DNA from: Rhynchobatus australiae
Taxonomy: Eukaryota
Length of the DNA stretch: 64,000 nucleotides
NCBI GenBank assembly: GCA_034780895.1
Contig: JAUZTB010000066.1
Location: forward strand, 1,094,251 to 1,158,250
Reading direction: 5' to 3'
Shown here: piece after piece, positions 1 to 13,224 of the stretch
Numbering within the stretch: the stretch's first letter is position 1
How the letters are laid out: each line of letters opens with the position of its first letter
The notes under the pieces: generated by a model
Database searches by the model: none
The model's input: only the letters and a program-made list of their open reading frames with translations
What the model was told of the DNA's origin: nothing
Translations under genes and position numbers: made by a program

Positions 1-240
1 ATGAGATGGACTCTGACCTCACGATCTACCTTGTTGTAACCTTGCACCTTATTGCACTGCACTTTCTCTGTAGCTGTGACGCTTTGTACGTTTATTGTTT
101 TTACATGTACTACATCAATGCAGTCTGTACTAACTCAATGTAACTGCACTGTGTGATGAATTGACCTGTACGATGGTTATGCAAGATAAGTTTTTCACTG
201 TACCTCAGTACAAATGACAATAATAAACTAATACCAATAT
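1..240 (+). mobile_element. 3' UTR/tail of a Rex1/Babar-like LINE
   Basis: The tail ...tttttcactgtacctcagtacaaatgacaataataaactaataccaat recurs at about 6200-6280 and 20515-20650, and inverted at about 21530-21770. Confidence 0.65.
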
Positions 241-244
241 CAAT

Positions 245-740
245 AAGTGCTCTCACTGTATGTTCTGCCTGAAGGGAGAGGGGAGAAGAGAGAATGTTTG
301 GGGTGGGTGGGGTCTTGATTATGCTGGCTGCTTCACCAAGGCAGCGAAAGGTTTAGAGAGAGTCCATGGAGGGCAGGCTGGTTTCCGTAATGTGCTGAGC
401 TGTGTCCACAACTCTCTGCAGTTTCTTGCAGTCCTGGGCAGAGCAATTGCCATACCAAGCCTTGATGCATCTACATAGGATTTCTATGCTGCATCGATAA
501 AAGTTGGTGAGGTTCACTCCCAAAGGGGACATGCCAAATTTCTTTAGCCTCCTGAGGAAGTAGAGGCACTGGTGAGATTTCTTGGCTGTGGTGTCTACGT
601 GGTTGGACCAGGACAGGCTGTTGGTGAGGTTCACTCCCAGGAACTTGAAGCTCTCAACCCTCTCGACCTCAGCACCAGTGATGTAGACAGGTGCATGTGC
701 ACTGCCCCCCTTCCTGAAGTCAATGATCAGCTCTTTCCTG
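245..740 (-). mobile_element. Rex1/Babar-like LINE ORF2 C-terminal fragment (DUF1891-type)
   Basis: ORF 353-634 contains LSWSNHVDTTAKKSHQCLYFLRRLKKFGMS...TNFYRCSIE...AWYGNCSAQDCKKLQRVV, typical of the post-RT region of Rex1-clade elements. Confidence 0.8.
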
Positions 741-1734
741 AATGTCTTTACCTCTGTAATTTGTTACTCGGCACCCTCGTCATTTGGTGGCAGTCTCAAT
801 CCCTACATTACGGACTGAACACTCTTTCCAAGTAATTCTACTCACCTGTTCTGCAAGTATTGTCCTTTAACTGTTTATAAAAATCCCTTTTGAGGGGGAT
901 TACTGTATCGCCTTTCCCATTCCTTTCACAACCTCCCTCAAAATCTTTGACGTAGAATACCTCCATTAAGTAACCCCTTAACCTTTTCCGTTTTATAGAA
1001 AACCACACTTGCTTCTCTGTTCTTTCCATAATGATGCTGTTTCTCTGATACAATCCCACCAAATCTCCTCTGTACCTCCACTAAATTAGTGAGATTCTTC
1101 CCGAAGTAGGAAGCCTAGAATTGGACAATGCTCCAGCTGAGGCTTCAGTGTTAATGCATTTTCTATGCCTCTGCATGCTAAGCCTGTTTATAAAGTTGAA
1201 GACATCACTGGCTTTTTTAAAAAACAAAAGCTCAACTTGCCTTGCCTCTTTCAAAGATTGTCCAAGTTTCTTNNNNNNNNNNNNNNNNNNNNNNNNNNNN
1301 NNNNNNNNNNNNNNNNNNNNNNNNNNNNNNNNNNNNNNNNNNNNNNNNNNNNNNNNNNNNNNNNNNNNNNNNTCCAAGTTTCTTATTCCTGCACCCCTAT
1401 AATAGTGCATCAACTTCTTCCTGACAATATCCATCATTTCACATCCCCACACACCAACCATCTACCGTGCTGCATCACTCCCGACCCACCGCACTACCTG
1501 CAAACCTGTGTGCCATGCCTCTCACTGTCAAACTTCCACGTTTCTCACCAGATCTCCAGCTCTCCTGCCAGGCTTCCCCCAGTGCAGCCTCACCCCTTCT
1601 GCTGTATTTCTTGCCCAAAAACCTTCTCTGCTGTCACAGTTCTCCCCACCATTTTCTGTAGTGTATCAACCAGAAACTGCCCTTTTCAATTCCAGACAAT
1701 TAAACTGAAATAACACTGTAAATCAAAAAAATTC

Positions 1735-2180
1735 AGCAAATGCTGGAAATCTGAAATAAAAACAGAAAAAGCTGGAAGCACTCATCAGCTCAGGCAGCAT
1801 CTGTGGGGAGAGAAACAGTTAATGGTTCAGGCCATAGACCCTTCAGCAGAACTTGGAAAGAGAGAGAACAAGTTATAATTTAGGTAACAGAGAAGGTAGG
1901 GGAGGGATGGGTGGAGCAAAAGGAGCAACTCTGATAGGGTGAGACCAAATACCTCGTTGTAGCAGTTAGGATCAGATTTAGCTTCTGTGTCTGTGTAACA
2001 TGTTGCTAATGGTGAGGCTGTAGGACACTTACAGCAGGCCAGACTGTACAAAGAAAAATTGAGCCACGATGATGGTAGGTGGAAATGGGCAGTTCTGGTA
2101 AGATAGAAAGAATGAGTTCCCTAAAGTTGGAGACTTTGAAACTGAGTCCTGCAGGATGCAACATGCCCAGATAGATGAGC
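1735..2180 (-). mobile_element. Penelope-like element terminal repeat fragment
   Basis: The motif tgctggaaatctgaaataaaaacagaaaaagctggaagcactc...caggcagcatctgtgg is shared with many copies (about 11260, 11800, 15250, 24010, 28920, 32880, 33810, 42900, 44480, 53270, 58590) and sits beside the RT/GIY-YIG remnant at 44790-45860. Confidence 0.6.
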
Positions 2181-2240
2181 ACATGGAACAGCACAGGAAC
2201 AGGCCCTTCGACTCATAATGTTGTGCCGAACTAATTAAAC

Positions 2241-2535
2241 AGTTAGTGTAGCAGTTAGCGTAACGCTTTACAGCGCCAGCAACCTGGGTTCAGTTCCGGC
2301 CACTGCCTGTAAGGAGTTTGTATGTTCTCCCTGTGTCTGCGCGGGTTTCCTCCGGGTGCTCCGGTTTCCTCCCACATTCCAAAGACGTACAGGTTAGGAT
2401 GTTGTGGGCGCGCTATGTTGGTGCCGGAAGCGTGGCGACACTTGTGGGCTGCCCCCAGAACACTCTACACAAAAGATGCATTTCACTGTGTGATTCGATG
2501 TACATGTAACTAATAAAGAAATCTTAATCTTAATC
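2241..2535 (+). mobile_element. tRNA-derived V-SINE (HE1-like) inserted in a CR1 tail
   Basis: A/B-box-like head (tagtgtagcagttagcg...gggttcagttccggc), V-domain ggagtttgtatgttctccc...gggtttcctccgggtgctccggtttcctcccaca, and tail tttcactgtg...tacatgtaactaataaag followed by (atctta)n. Confidence 0.85.
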
Positions 2536-3290
2536 CCTTCTGTCTAACATTTAAGATCCTCTTAAACACCCCTGTCGTATCTGCCTCCACCTCCACCCCA
2601 GACAGCACATTCCAGGCACCAACCACTCTGTGTAAAAAAAACTTGCCCTGCACATCTCCTTTGAACTTACCCCTCTCACCTTTAATTCATGCTTTCCAGT
2701 ATAAGACAATTCAATCCTGGGGAAAAGGATATCGGCTGTCTTCTCTATCTGTGCCCCTCATAATCATATAAACTCCTATCAGGTCTCCCCTCAGCCTCCG
2801 CCGCTCCAGAGAAAACAACCCAAGTTTGGCCAGCCTCTCCTGATAGCACATGCCCTCTAATCCTGGCAGCATCCTGGTGAACCTCTTCTGCACCCTCTCC
2901 AAAGCCCCCACATTCTTCCTCTAATGGGGAGGTCAGAACTGAATATAATACTCTGGATGTGGCCTAACCTGAGTTTTACAAAGACTAACCATTTGCCCTA
3001 TCTATGCCAGTAATTATTTTATACGTCTTATGCTTCTTAGCCTCCTACACACCAGGCAAAAAGTCTCAGCCTATCCAATCTCTCCTTATAACTTAAGCTC
3101 TCCAGTTCTGGTGACAGCCTTGTACATCTTTTCTGTACCCTCTCCAGCTTAATGACATCCTTCCTATAGCTGCAGAAAAGAAGTGTGGTCTCACCAAATG
3201 ACTTATACTATTGTAACATGTCGTTCCAACTCCTGTACTCAGTGGCCTGACTGATGAAAACAAGGGTCTTAAGTGCATTCCTCACCACCC
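2536..3290 (-). mobile_element. CR1 LINE 3' fragments (two adjacent)
   Basis: ORF 2711-2911 ALERVQKRFTRMLPGLEG...LGLFSLERRRLRGDLI is the CR1 ORF2 C-terminus. Confidence 0.88.
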
Positions 3291-4334
3291 TGAGGCTGGA
3301 TTGGAAAGTGCCATAAGATGAGGAGTTGTAGAAGGGCAGGAGAACAGACCAAGGAGTTGCAAGGGGAGCCATCCCTTTGAAATACTAGAAGGGAGGGGAA
3401 TGCGAGTCTGCTGGTGGAATCTTGTTGGAGCTGGCAGAAACTGCGAAGGTTGATCCATTAAATAAATCAAAGTTTATTCAAATTAACAATTTGCCTGAAT
3501 CACTCTGTCATCACTGAATACCTCAGAATTTGTTTTTCAATAAAGTGTTTCAAACCAAAAAGATTCAACGGCAAGTTACTGTGAAAAGTTCTAAAAGTGT
3601 GAACATTATGGGCTTAAGTATGGTACCAATGTACCGAAAAGGTAGTCTGGACTTCTGGAGAGTGCAGGGGTTAAGAGGTGTGATGGGAGTTCAGTCAAAA
3701 AGCAATGTTTTATTTGGACCTGATGTCCTTCCCCACTCCTGTGCCACTTGATGGTGTGAACTGCCATTGCCTGATGTTAGCTGAGCAGGTCTCTGCTGAA
3801 TGCGGAAACCCAAGTATAGTGGGCTCCACGGGTGAGGGAAATAAACCAACAATTCAAATACCCCATACAAGACTACAGAAAGAGCTTCCATTGAAATACT
3901 GACATGTACTGCCTCTTTTATAGGTTTAATGCTCCTAACAGGATGGTCTCATCACTGGTGGGGGGAATCAATTATTCAGCAATGCTTTTGATCACGAAAT
4001 GATGAACATTCAAAGACTAAAGAGAAAAGTCAAACAGAAAAAAATCAATGAAAACCAGTGGAATAACAGAACAAAGGATGCCATTTGGTCCATCACACTN
4101 NNNNNNNNNNNNNNNNNNNNNNNNNNNNNNNNNNNNNNNNNNNNNNNNNNNNNNNNAAACCTGTCATGCAGTGTTACAGTTTAAACAAGATTATCTGGTG
4201 CAATTTACAAATGTGATTTTATTGCAGATGAAAATATCACAGTTTTTCAAATACAGACATGGAGAGATAAATGCATCCCTTTTGAAGTGTAATTATCACT
4301 ATAACATGGAAGGGAAACAGCCATGTGATAATCA

Positions 4335-4480
4335 CTAGATATCTTCTTAGTTATGTTGGTTGAAGGCTAAGTATTGGCCCAGGACACAAGAATGAACACA
4401 GCATCCCTTCACCGAGAAAATGGCATTGGGTTTTAACAAGAGGGCAGACAGGATGTCAGTTTCATGGCTGATCTGACATC
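4335..4480 (-). mobile_element. DeuSINE-like (SacSINE1/AmnSINE1-type) degenerate fragment
   Basis: tgttggttgaaggctaagtattggcccaggacac...agggcagacagg resembles the reverse Deu domain. Similar remnants occur at about 6830-6985, 8480-8640, 28000-28200, 37640-37760 and 47010-47330. Confidence 0.55.
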
Positions 4481-4689
4481 CAATGCAACATAATGTGAGA
4501 CCACCCATATGGCTGGAAGATTAGAGAAGCAGAATACTGTAAAGAGAGACAGAAGATAGAAGGTTGCTGCAGGAATCTGGATACCCATGTGCATAAAACA
4601 AAGTTAGCATACAGATGCAGCAAATAATTAGAAAATAGAATCCCTGATTCAGATGTCGGATCCGATCTGGGAGAGAATGTGGGGAGAAT

Positions 4690-5350
4690 AAAAACAAAAT
4701 GAGCTGAATGTAGGATGAGTGTAAATGGGTGGTTGCAGGGCACCATGGGCAGTAGACTGAAGGGCCTGTGTGCTTCTGACTCTGTGATTGTCCTCTATGG
4801 TAGGGAGGCCTTGCTGCAACTGCCCAGGGCTTNNNNNNNNNTCCACCTGGAGCAGTGCGTAGAGTTTCAGATTTCTTGTTTATGAAATGTGCTTGCATTG
4901 AATGACATTTACAGAAGATTCACCAGATTAACTAATGGGCTTTTTTATGATGAAAACTGGTGCAAAATCGACCAGTCCTCATTGGAGTTTAGACAAATGT
5001 GAAGTGGTCTCACTGAGACATGATAGGTTGTGAGGGAGTATAACAGGGAGGAATTTCCCTATTGGGAGAGTTTAGAACAAGTCTCAGGATAAAGGATAAC
5101 TTACTTAAGACCGAGATGGGAAAGAATTTTTTCTTTTGGAAGTTGTGAATCTTTGGAATTCTCAGGCTCAGACAGCTGCATTCGCTGGGCACTGAGCATA
5201 TTCCAGGCTGAAAAAGCCGTATTTTTGGACGTCGAGGGAAATCAGAGGTCATATGGATTAGGCAGCATAGTGCTGAGGCCAAAAGTTCAGATCAGCCACA
5301 ATCTAATGAAAGTCAAGGAGATTTGAGGGAGCACATGTTTACACCTGGCT
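4690..5350 (+). mobile_element. Degenerate CR1 3' fragments
   Basis: CR1 tail motif gggcagtagactgaagggcctgtgtgc, plus a decayed C-terminal region (agaagattcaccag...gttgtgaatctttggaattctc). Confidence 0.6.
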
Positions 5351-6294
5351 CTATGCTGGAGTGTCGTTGGGCTAAAAGGCAGCACTGAGATGTGCAGAGG
5401 TGTTAGAGGGCCACTGATGCAGAAAAGCAGCCATTTATCTTTCCTTTATCTAGCCACGCGGAGATTCCACTCTCCTCACTGCAGCATACACTTAATTCTC
5501 AATCGCTGACAGGGTTTTTCCCTTTATCACTCTGCCTACAAATCTATTGTATGATATCTTCCCGACAGCACCAATGGCTTGAAACTGTTGCTTTCTTATC
5601 CCACTCTCATAGTTGAACAAAATTGCAAATTCTGGGCTATTTTTTCCCATTTTCTTCACAGATTCCACGAGTGATCAGAGGACAGTGGCTGTGGTCGCTG
5701 ANNNNNNNNNNNNNNNNNNNNNNNNNNNNNNNNNNNNNNNNNNNNNNNNNNNNNNNNNNNNNNNNNNNNNNNNNNNNNNNNNNNNNNNNNNNNNNNNNNN
5801 NCGCTGACCTAGCTGTAGGTGAGGTGAGCTCCACACTCACTGTGTGTACACAGAAGCTAATACTGGTTTCTGATTACTTGTCTGGTTTGAACCTCCTGCA
5901 ACCATCGAGCCAGGACCAGTGGAACAAAACATTTGTGAATCAGATCGAACTGTTACTCTGCATTCAGCCCCACTTGGTGAAGAGTCGATGGTAAATAAAC
6001 AAAAGCTCAGCCATCTGTCATGGATCCTACACTACAGCCAGATTTCAGAATCTCTTCCATTTTAAAATACTTGTTAACAGCAACACGTTGCTATCCTCAA
6101 TCTATGTAACAAGACATCGGGATAAAATAAAACCACAAATGCACAGCATGACTGGCAGCACCCGTGAAGGGAAGAGGCTGGGATTGTGTTCAATTCTAAT
6201 GCACTGTGTATTGAATTGATCTGTATGAATGGTTGCAAGACAAATTTTTCACTGCACCTCGGTCCAAGAGACAATAAACTAATAGCTCATTACA

Positions 6295-6770
6295 CAGGGA
6301 CACTAGAGAGGGTCCAGGAAAGTTTTACAAGAATGATCTCTGGGACGAGGGACTACAGTTATAAGGATATTGTATAGAGGCTGGGACTGTTACCTTTGGG
6401 AAAGGCTAAGGGGATATTTGGTTGGTTTATAATATGACGAGGGACTGGGTTGTGGAAAGCTGTTCCCACTGATGGACGCGATCAAGGACAACAGGTGACA
6501 GGTACAAAATAAATGGAAGAAAGTTAAGAGTGACACGAGGAACAGCTCTTTTTTAAAAAAACGCAGTGTGTGTTTGGAATCCAGAACGCACTGCACATAT
6601 GTGGCGCGATTGGCTCCACTGTGGCCTTCAAGTGGGAATTGAACAAATAAATGCTGAAGGAAAATTTGCAAGGCTACAGAGAAAGAGCTGGAGGGGGAAA
6701 TAGTGAGTTGGTCTGGTAGAGAGTTGGTGCAAACATGGTGGACCTTTTGTTCTGTAACTATTCTAGGATT
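6295..6770 (+). mobile_element. Degenerate CR1 3' fragment
   Basis: Translates to TLERVQESFTRMISGTRDYSY in ORF 6186-6377. Confidence 0.7.
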
Positions 6771-7299
6771 CAATCATTCCAGAAGTATACTCACAGAGGA
6801 ATTACAGCTCAACAAGAAAAACTGACTGCATTTACAGTAAGTTAAGTACTTTAGAGGTGGAATCACTTTTGTAGGAAATGCAATAACCCATTTGGGCACA
6901 GCAAGCTCCCACAAACAGTGATGAGACAATGATCTAAAAGTCCACTTTAGCATTGTTGATTGAGGGATAAACATTTGGCAGCAGAGAAAAGGAAGTGAAA
7001 ATAGAAGAGGTTTAAAAGACAAATTCACAGATTATTCACAGATCACACACAAATCAGATTCACACACCTCTCTCTCAGTAAGGGCTGAGACACCCAATTG
7101 ATGCATGTTTTTTCCCCCTACCCCTCCTCTTTTCTTTTGGTCTTTTTCATGCAACAACAAGACTTGCTTATCCCTTTCCATTTTTAAAGAAGCACTTACC
7201 CATGAGCATGAACTTGTCTTGTCTCGTTTCAGAGGCTGCTGGACCTGCTGAACATCTGCAGCCCTGAGTTTTGGTTACTGACCCAGCCTAGCTGATTAA

Positions 7300-7935
7300 G
7301 AGTTACAGAGTAATACAGCATGGAAACAGGCCCTTTGGTCCAACTTGTCCATGCTAACCATGGTGCCCACCCAGTTAGTCCTATTTGCCTGTGTTTGAAC
7401 CATATCCCTGTAAGCGTCTCCTATCCATGTACTTATCCAAATGCCTTTTGAATATTNNNNNNNNNNNNNNNNNNNNNNNNNNNNNNNNNNNNNNNNNNNN
7501 NNNNNNNNNNNNNNNNNNNNNNNNNNNNNNNNNNNNNNNNNNNNNNNNNNNNNNNNNNNNNNNNNNNNNNNNNNNNNNNNNNNNNNNNNNNNNNNNNNNN
7601 NNNNNNNNNNNNNNNNNNNNNNNNNNNNNNNNNNNNNNNNNNNNNNNNNNNNNNNNNNNNNNNNNNNNNNNNNCTCTGACTATCTACCCGATCAATACCT
7701 CTCATCATCTTATACACCTCTATCAGGTCCCCCCTCATCCTCTGTCTCTCTAAGGAGAAAAGGCCGAGTTCCCTCAACCTGCTTTCATAAGGCATGCTCT
7801 GCATTCCAGGCAGCATCCTTGTATATCTCCTCTGCACCCTCTCTATGGCTTCCACATCTTTCCTGCAGTGAGGCAACCAGAACTGAGCACAGTGCTCCAA
7901 GTGGGGTCTGACCAGGGACCTATATCGCTGCAACG
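7300..7935 (-). mobile_element. CR1 LINE 3' end (gapped)
   Basis: ORF 7433-7933 YRSLVRPHLEHCAQFWLPHCRKDVEAIERVQRRYTRMLPG...LFSLERQRMRGDLIEVYKMMRG, plus the tail cagcatggaaacaggccc. Confidence 0.92.
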
Positions 7936-10900
7936 CAATTCAGAGACAGAGGCTGAACCTACAACTTGTTGGCCCAGACTCCAGAGAAGTACTGTAAAGG
8001 GGAGATTACTAGCTTTGCATTGCCACCTCTGGAAAAGCCAATCTGTGATTGTTCATCAAAGTGCATCACTTTACCACCTCATATTTCATCAGCACATAGA
8101 GTCAGAAAAGCGCTGTGTTGCACTCCTGGCTGGCTTTTTGCACTGCTTATTATTTAAATAATATTAAATGCTATTCAATGCCAGAGATTGTGCAGTTGAG
8201 TTTCTTCAGGCAATTTTGTGCTGATGATGTGCCATGTTTGGTAGGTTCTCAGCACTCCTTCAACCCACACTGTGCTGTAGTGAAGAAGCCAGGCACTGGG
8301 GCTCAAGTAGATCCCAAGACCTGACATTTCATGGGTTGCTGAAGCGGTTACTGAAGGCATAAAAATGTAGCCCCCGACTATTGGATAAAAGTAACAGATT
8401 TATGCACCACCCTCTCGTGTTGTTGGAGTGTCTCACAGAGCATCCAGAGTCAGCAATGAGATGCATGATTACATTGATGGATTGTGGCTGAGGGAAGCAG
8501 ATTGGCCAGAACTGCCTGCTTTTTCACTGATGCCACTGGCTCTTTAACTTCTATACAAGGCCTGGGAACAGAAGAGACCTTGGTTTAATGATTAGTTTGA
8601 AGAACAGCAGCTCTGACAGTGTAGCATGCCTTAATGCTGGGCTTCCCCTAGAATAAAAACTCGGGTCCCAAAATGGAGCTCATAGTTGCAGCTGTCTGTA
8701 GAGGTGAGCCAGGCTGGTGAACATTAACAGTAGCGCTCTGGCACCATGAGAACTACGGGGAGTTGAGGTAAGGCTATAGAACTACCTTGCCGTCATTCTC
8801 CTGGAACTCCTGACCATCATGAAAGAGTCCAGGGGAAAAAAAACTGCACAAATAAACTGAAGAACTGGCAATGCACTTTGTCTATCATCACCTGTAGAGA
8901 AGGGCACGTTAGTGCTCCAGGTGTGGACCTCACTGAAATGTTAAGCTGTGTTTCTTTTTACAAATTTTGACAGAGTTCCCATGTACTTCCAGCATTTCTG
9001 TTTTTATTTAAGAACACTGCAATGACAGCTACAGGCTCAGAAGTATATCCACACACACGCACAGATGTTTGTGCAAAGTGAAAGGGTAAAGTGAAATGTG
9101 AAGCAACCCATCGTGTTATTCCAACGTTGAACTTGACTGGGAGTAGATAGAGAAATATCGATACAGATAGTGCCATACATGAACGGCAAAGCTGTCTTTC
9201 ATGTGAATGGAAGGAAAGCCTTTAACAGCTTCATTCACATTTGAAGGCAGCTGCAGAGAAACACAAACTACCTCACTATTGATTTTGGCACAGGGCCCAT
9301 TTTCCTGCTTGAGAGGTTCGGACTGCTGAACTGTTGCCACTGCTGTATATATGCCTTTTCATTTGATGCTATCACCATTCAGCAGCTAATTAGATTTATA
9401 TGTCCCTGTTAGCGGAACTGGCTGGGCCCCTTTGTGGGTCGAGGACTGCCAGAAGCTGTCACTGCATGATGTCTACGCTGCAGCTCACTGCACATTGCTA
9501 GCAGCTGGCTTCAGTCAAAGCTTAGGGCCCTGAGCAAAGTGATGTGCCACAGCCCAAGCAGCAACAGAATTATCTGTCTTATTTTGCCCACAGCTAAACA
9601 GAAAGGGTTAAGCCTTTTGAATTAACAATTAGCCAATTTGCTTGCAGCTGGAACTTTTTCCAAATTGTACTGCAACACCTGGGCTCCTTACAGGCGAAGA
9701 GAAAGCCTACACCACTGAACCCATTTAACAGGCATGGGGTGGATTTTTCGCTTGCTGCTCAGGTGTGAACCTAGAGTTACAGATCAGCTGTCTGCTTATG
9801 ATGTAAATGGAAATGAAANNNNNNNNNNNNNNATAACAAGCAGTTCATCAACAATGCCAATCTTACACCCAAGCTTCACGCAAAAACTCCTTTCATTGCA
9901 TTCCTACCTCTATCACTACCTTCAGTACCTTTCAAACGCTGACACAGGAAATAGCTGAAAACACAAAAATAATCAAGGCGCTACACATCGGCTTGAGTGG
10001 TGACTGAGTTCAATGCCCACTGTAGCTGCTGGGTGCATCAGTGACACAGTGCTCCTGGACCTCCACAAAGGTAAGAGCAGTATTCTGTGGGAACACTGCC
10101 CTCCGAGTTCCCTCTCAGCCATTCATCATCTGGATGTACTATCATCATCCTTCATCGCCACTGAATCTGAATCCTGGAACTCCTCACACAACATTTTCTC
10201 ATATGGGCAAGGTACAGAGACGCACTGCCAGGGCAGGGGCAGCACGGGTTACATTCTGAGTAAAGCTCCCTCTGTACCTCCCTTTTGCACATTCTTAGGG
10301 CAGGGCTGAATGGGTTGTGTGTGGGACACATTGTCGATACTGGGTAGAGAGGAAGCAGCCTGGGGATCTGGGGTAATTGGATGATCCTAATGAGCAATGA
10401 GAATGTCCAAATAGAATAGATTATGTTTCTGAACATCTATGCCCCAAGGATCCAAGGAAAGGACCCAGTGCCACCCTCTCACGTCAGCTGGAAATGGATA
10501 GCATTGGGGTCAGCAGGGATGCAGAATGGGAGAAAATCTGCTGTCTGGGCATTTTGAGTGGCTGGAGTGCACCACTACCATTCAATGAATTCATGGAGTC
10601 CATCTGGCAGCATGAAGCAGGTTAGTAGAGCTATCAAAGACTGTGTTGCTCCCACCCTCACCCCTCCTTCCTCCCACCTGTGTAATCCCCAAGGCAAAAG
10701 CAAAAGTGAGGGAAAGAAAGCAAAGACCCCAGGAACAAAGTTAACAGCAATGCTGTAAAATATTTAAAGGTGCAAGTTTCCTTAATTCCCATGCCATTAT
10801 TGGAAACCTGAAAAGGGATTTGCATAAAAACTAATGAAATGCTTGAGCATTATTATTCTCTCAGACCTCCCTGTAACATGATTGGGGATTTCTAGCACTT

Positions 10901-12039
10901 CAAGGACAGCCGAACTCTTGCACGCAGTCTTTACTGCCTTTGGTCTGGGCATATAATCCACCTTTCTAGAAGAAACTGCCACAGAGAAGTTTGGAATGTT
11001 TTTCAGGATATCAAAGTTGAAGCCAGAGGAAGTGTTAATTGTGGCCAGATTAATGGATAGAGTTACCAGGAAAAAAAAGGTATGGGAAAATCAGACAGAA
11101 TGAGTGTACTCAGATCAGAGGGAGATGGAGGGGGAGGGGGAGGAGACATGTGTTTGGATTGGATAGCCCAGGTAGGTGACTCCAGTTGATAACAATGGCT
11201 GAAGCAAACTGAGGGCCGTCGGTTCTGATGATCAGTGACAGACCTGAAAGGAGAACCCTTCACAAATGCTGCCTGACCTGCTGCACGTTTCCAACATCAT
11301 TTGTTTTATTTCTGATGGCCTTTGGTAACTCTACTTCTGAAATGCATGGGCATTAAGATGAAATGTAATAGGCTCAAGAGCCTGACTATGGAGGGGAATC
11401 GATACTGCAGTGCATTAGTATACTACCCCACCAGAACCCTGCTGCTGCTGATCACAGTGACGTAGTTCCACCAGCAACAGGGTTACTACACACAGCTGTA
11501 CAATCATTCCAGCTACTGTCAAATCTGTCAATTACTCTTAGAAATATTCAGCTCGTCAAGAAAATAACAGAAGTGTAGCATCAGTGTAATTCCAAATCAG
11601 CTCTGACTAAGATCCACTTCATTAACACTTTGCCTGGAGTTTCCATTGTGTTAGTTCTTCAAATGAGCAAGGATTAAACAAGAGGACCACCTCAGTGCCC
11701 ATCTCACCACTCCCCCTCTCCTCTTCATACTGGCTAACTCCCCTCTCCATCCTGATGTAGAGCTTTGACCCAGAACATTGACAGTTCCTTCCCCTCCACC
11801 CACAGATGCTGTTCGACCCACTGAGCTGCTCCTGCAGATTATTTATTGCTCACAGAAGAGGGTGCTTGTGTTTGATCATGTACATCATCAATGCCTAGAA
11901 AATATAAGTCCATCAAATGAATTCACTGATGTCACAAAGTGGTATTCGCCAGGGTGTTGCCTGGATTGGAGGCCTTTAGTTAGGGGGAGAGATTGGACAG
12001 GGTTCCAAAAGTCATTCTCCATAAATCCAAGCTTAGAGT

Positions 12040-13015
12040 TCTGCTGGCGATACCTCAGTTCCAACCAAACCCTGTTCACCAGTCATCCCCATGCTTGCTG
12101 AACCGCACTGCCTCCCAGACTTTGATTTCATCTTTGTTTACAAATCTCTCCAAGATCTTACTTCACATCGCTGCAGCCATCTCAAGCCCTACAGGGCTCT
12201 GAGATCTCTGCACCTCCAATTCTGGCCTTTTGATCATCCCCAATTTTAATTCTCCCTCTACAGGCAGCTATGCCTTCAGCTGTAGGGGCCCTAAACTCCA
12301 GAATTTCCTTTCTAAACCATCTATCTGAGTTTTGGTCACCACACTATGGAAAGGATGTGGTAGCATTACAAAAAGTGCAGAAGAGATTCACCAGGATGTT
12401 GCCTGGAATGGAGGGCTGTAGTTACAAGGAGAGACTGGACAGGCTGGGACTGTTCTCACTGGAGCGAAGGAGGCTGAGGGATGACCTTACAGAGGTTTAT
12501 AAAATTATGAAGGGCATGGATAGAGTAGATAGTCACACTCTTTTTCCAAGGGTAGGGGAGTCTAAAACTAGAGGACAATGTTTAAGGTGAGAGGGGGAAT
12601 ATTTGAAGGAGTTTTTCATACAGTGGGTGATGGGTAATATGGAATGAGCAGCCAGAGGAGGTGGTAGAGGAAAGTACAACCACAGTGTTTAAAAAAGCAT
12701 TTGGAGATGTACGTGGGTAGGAAAGGAATCGAGGGATATAGGGCAAGTGCAAGATAACGGGATTAGCGTAGCTTGGCATCTCAATTGGCACGGATGATTT
12801 GGGCCAAAGGGTCTGTTTCCGTGCTGTACAACTATGACTATCTGAGTTTCCTCCTTAAGGTATTCCTTCAAGTCTCCCTCTTTGACTGAGGCAGTGCTCA
12901 TCTGTCCTGACATCTGCTTTCATAGCTCAATATCAAATTGTGTTTGGCAATGCAGTGAAGCACCCTGGGCCATTGATAGTGTTAAAGACAACATGCACAT
13001 TTGTGCTGTTGTTAT
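12040..13015 (+). mobile_element. Old L2-like LINE 3' remnant interrupted by a CR1 insertion
   Basis: gccttcagctgtaggggccctaaactccagaatttcc...ctttgactgaggc...gtgaagcaccctggg...tgttgttattg resembles an L2-type 3' end and flanks the CR1 on both sides. Confidence 0.55.
12333..12837 (+). mobile_element. 5'-truncated CR1 with a 12-bp target-site duplication
   Basis: Translates FWSPHYGKDVVALQKVQKRFTRMLPGMEG. The TSD ctatctgagttt is at 12321-12332 and 12838-12849. Confidence 0.9.
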
Positions 13016-13224
13016 TGATCAACATGCTCTGATATAATATGTTCTTCTCTTATCTGTGCAGATCCTCTCCCCGTGCAACCCTCACACTGCCAACTTGTCG
13101 ACACCAAAGCTGCATTGGGCTGACACACACACGTGCCTGAAATGAACTCCTTGGTTCACTGACATGAAATCATTAACTGTGACAGGTTGTGGTCCCAGAG
13201 TAACATCAAACGTTATAGTCCCAG

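Noticed and set aside
2241-2310. tRNA gene
   Set aside because: The A/B-box-like sequence is a SINE head continuing into a V-domain; there is no complete cloverleaf.
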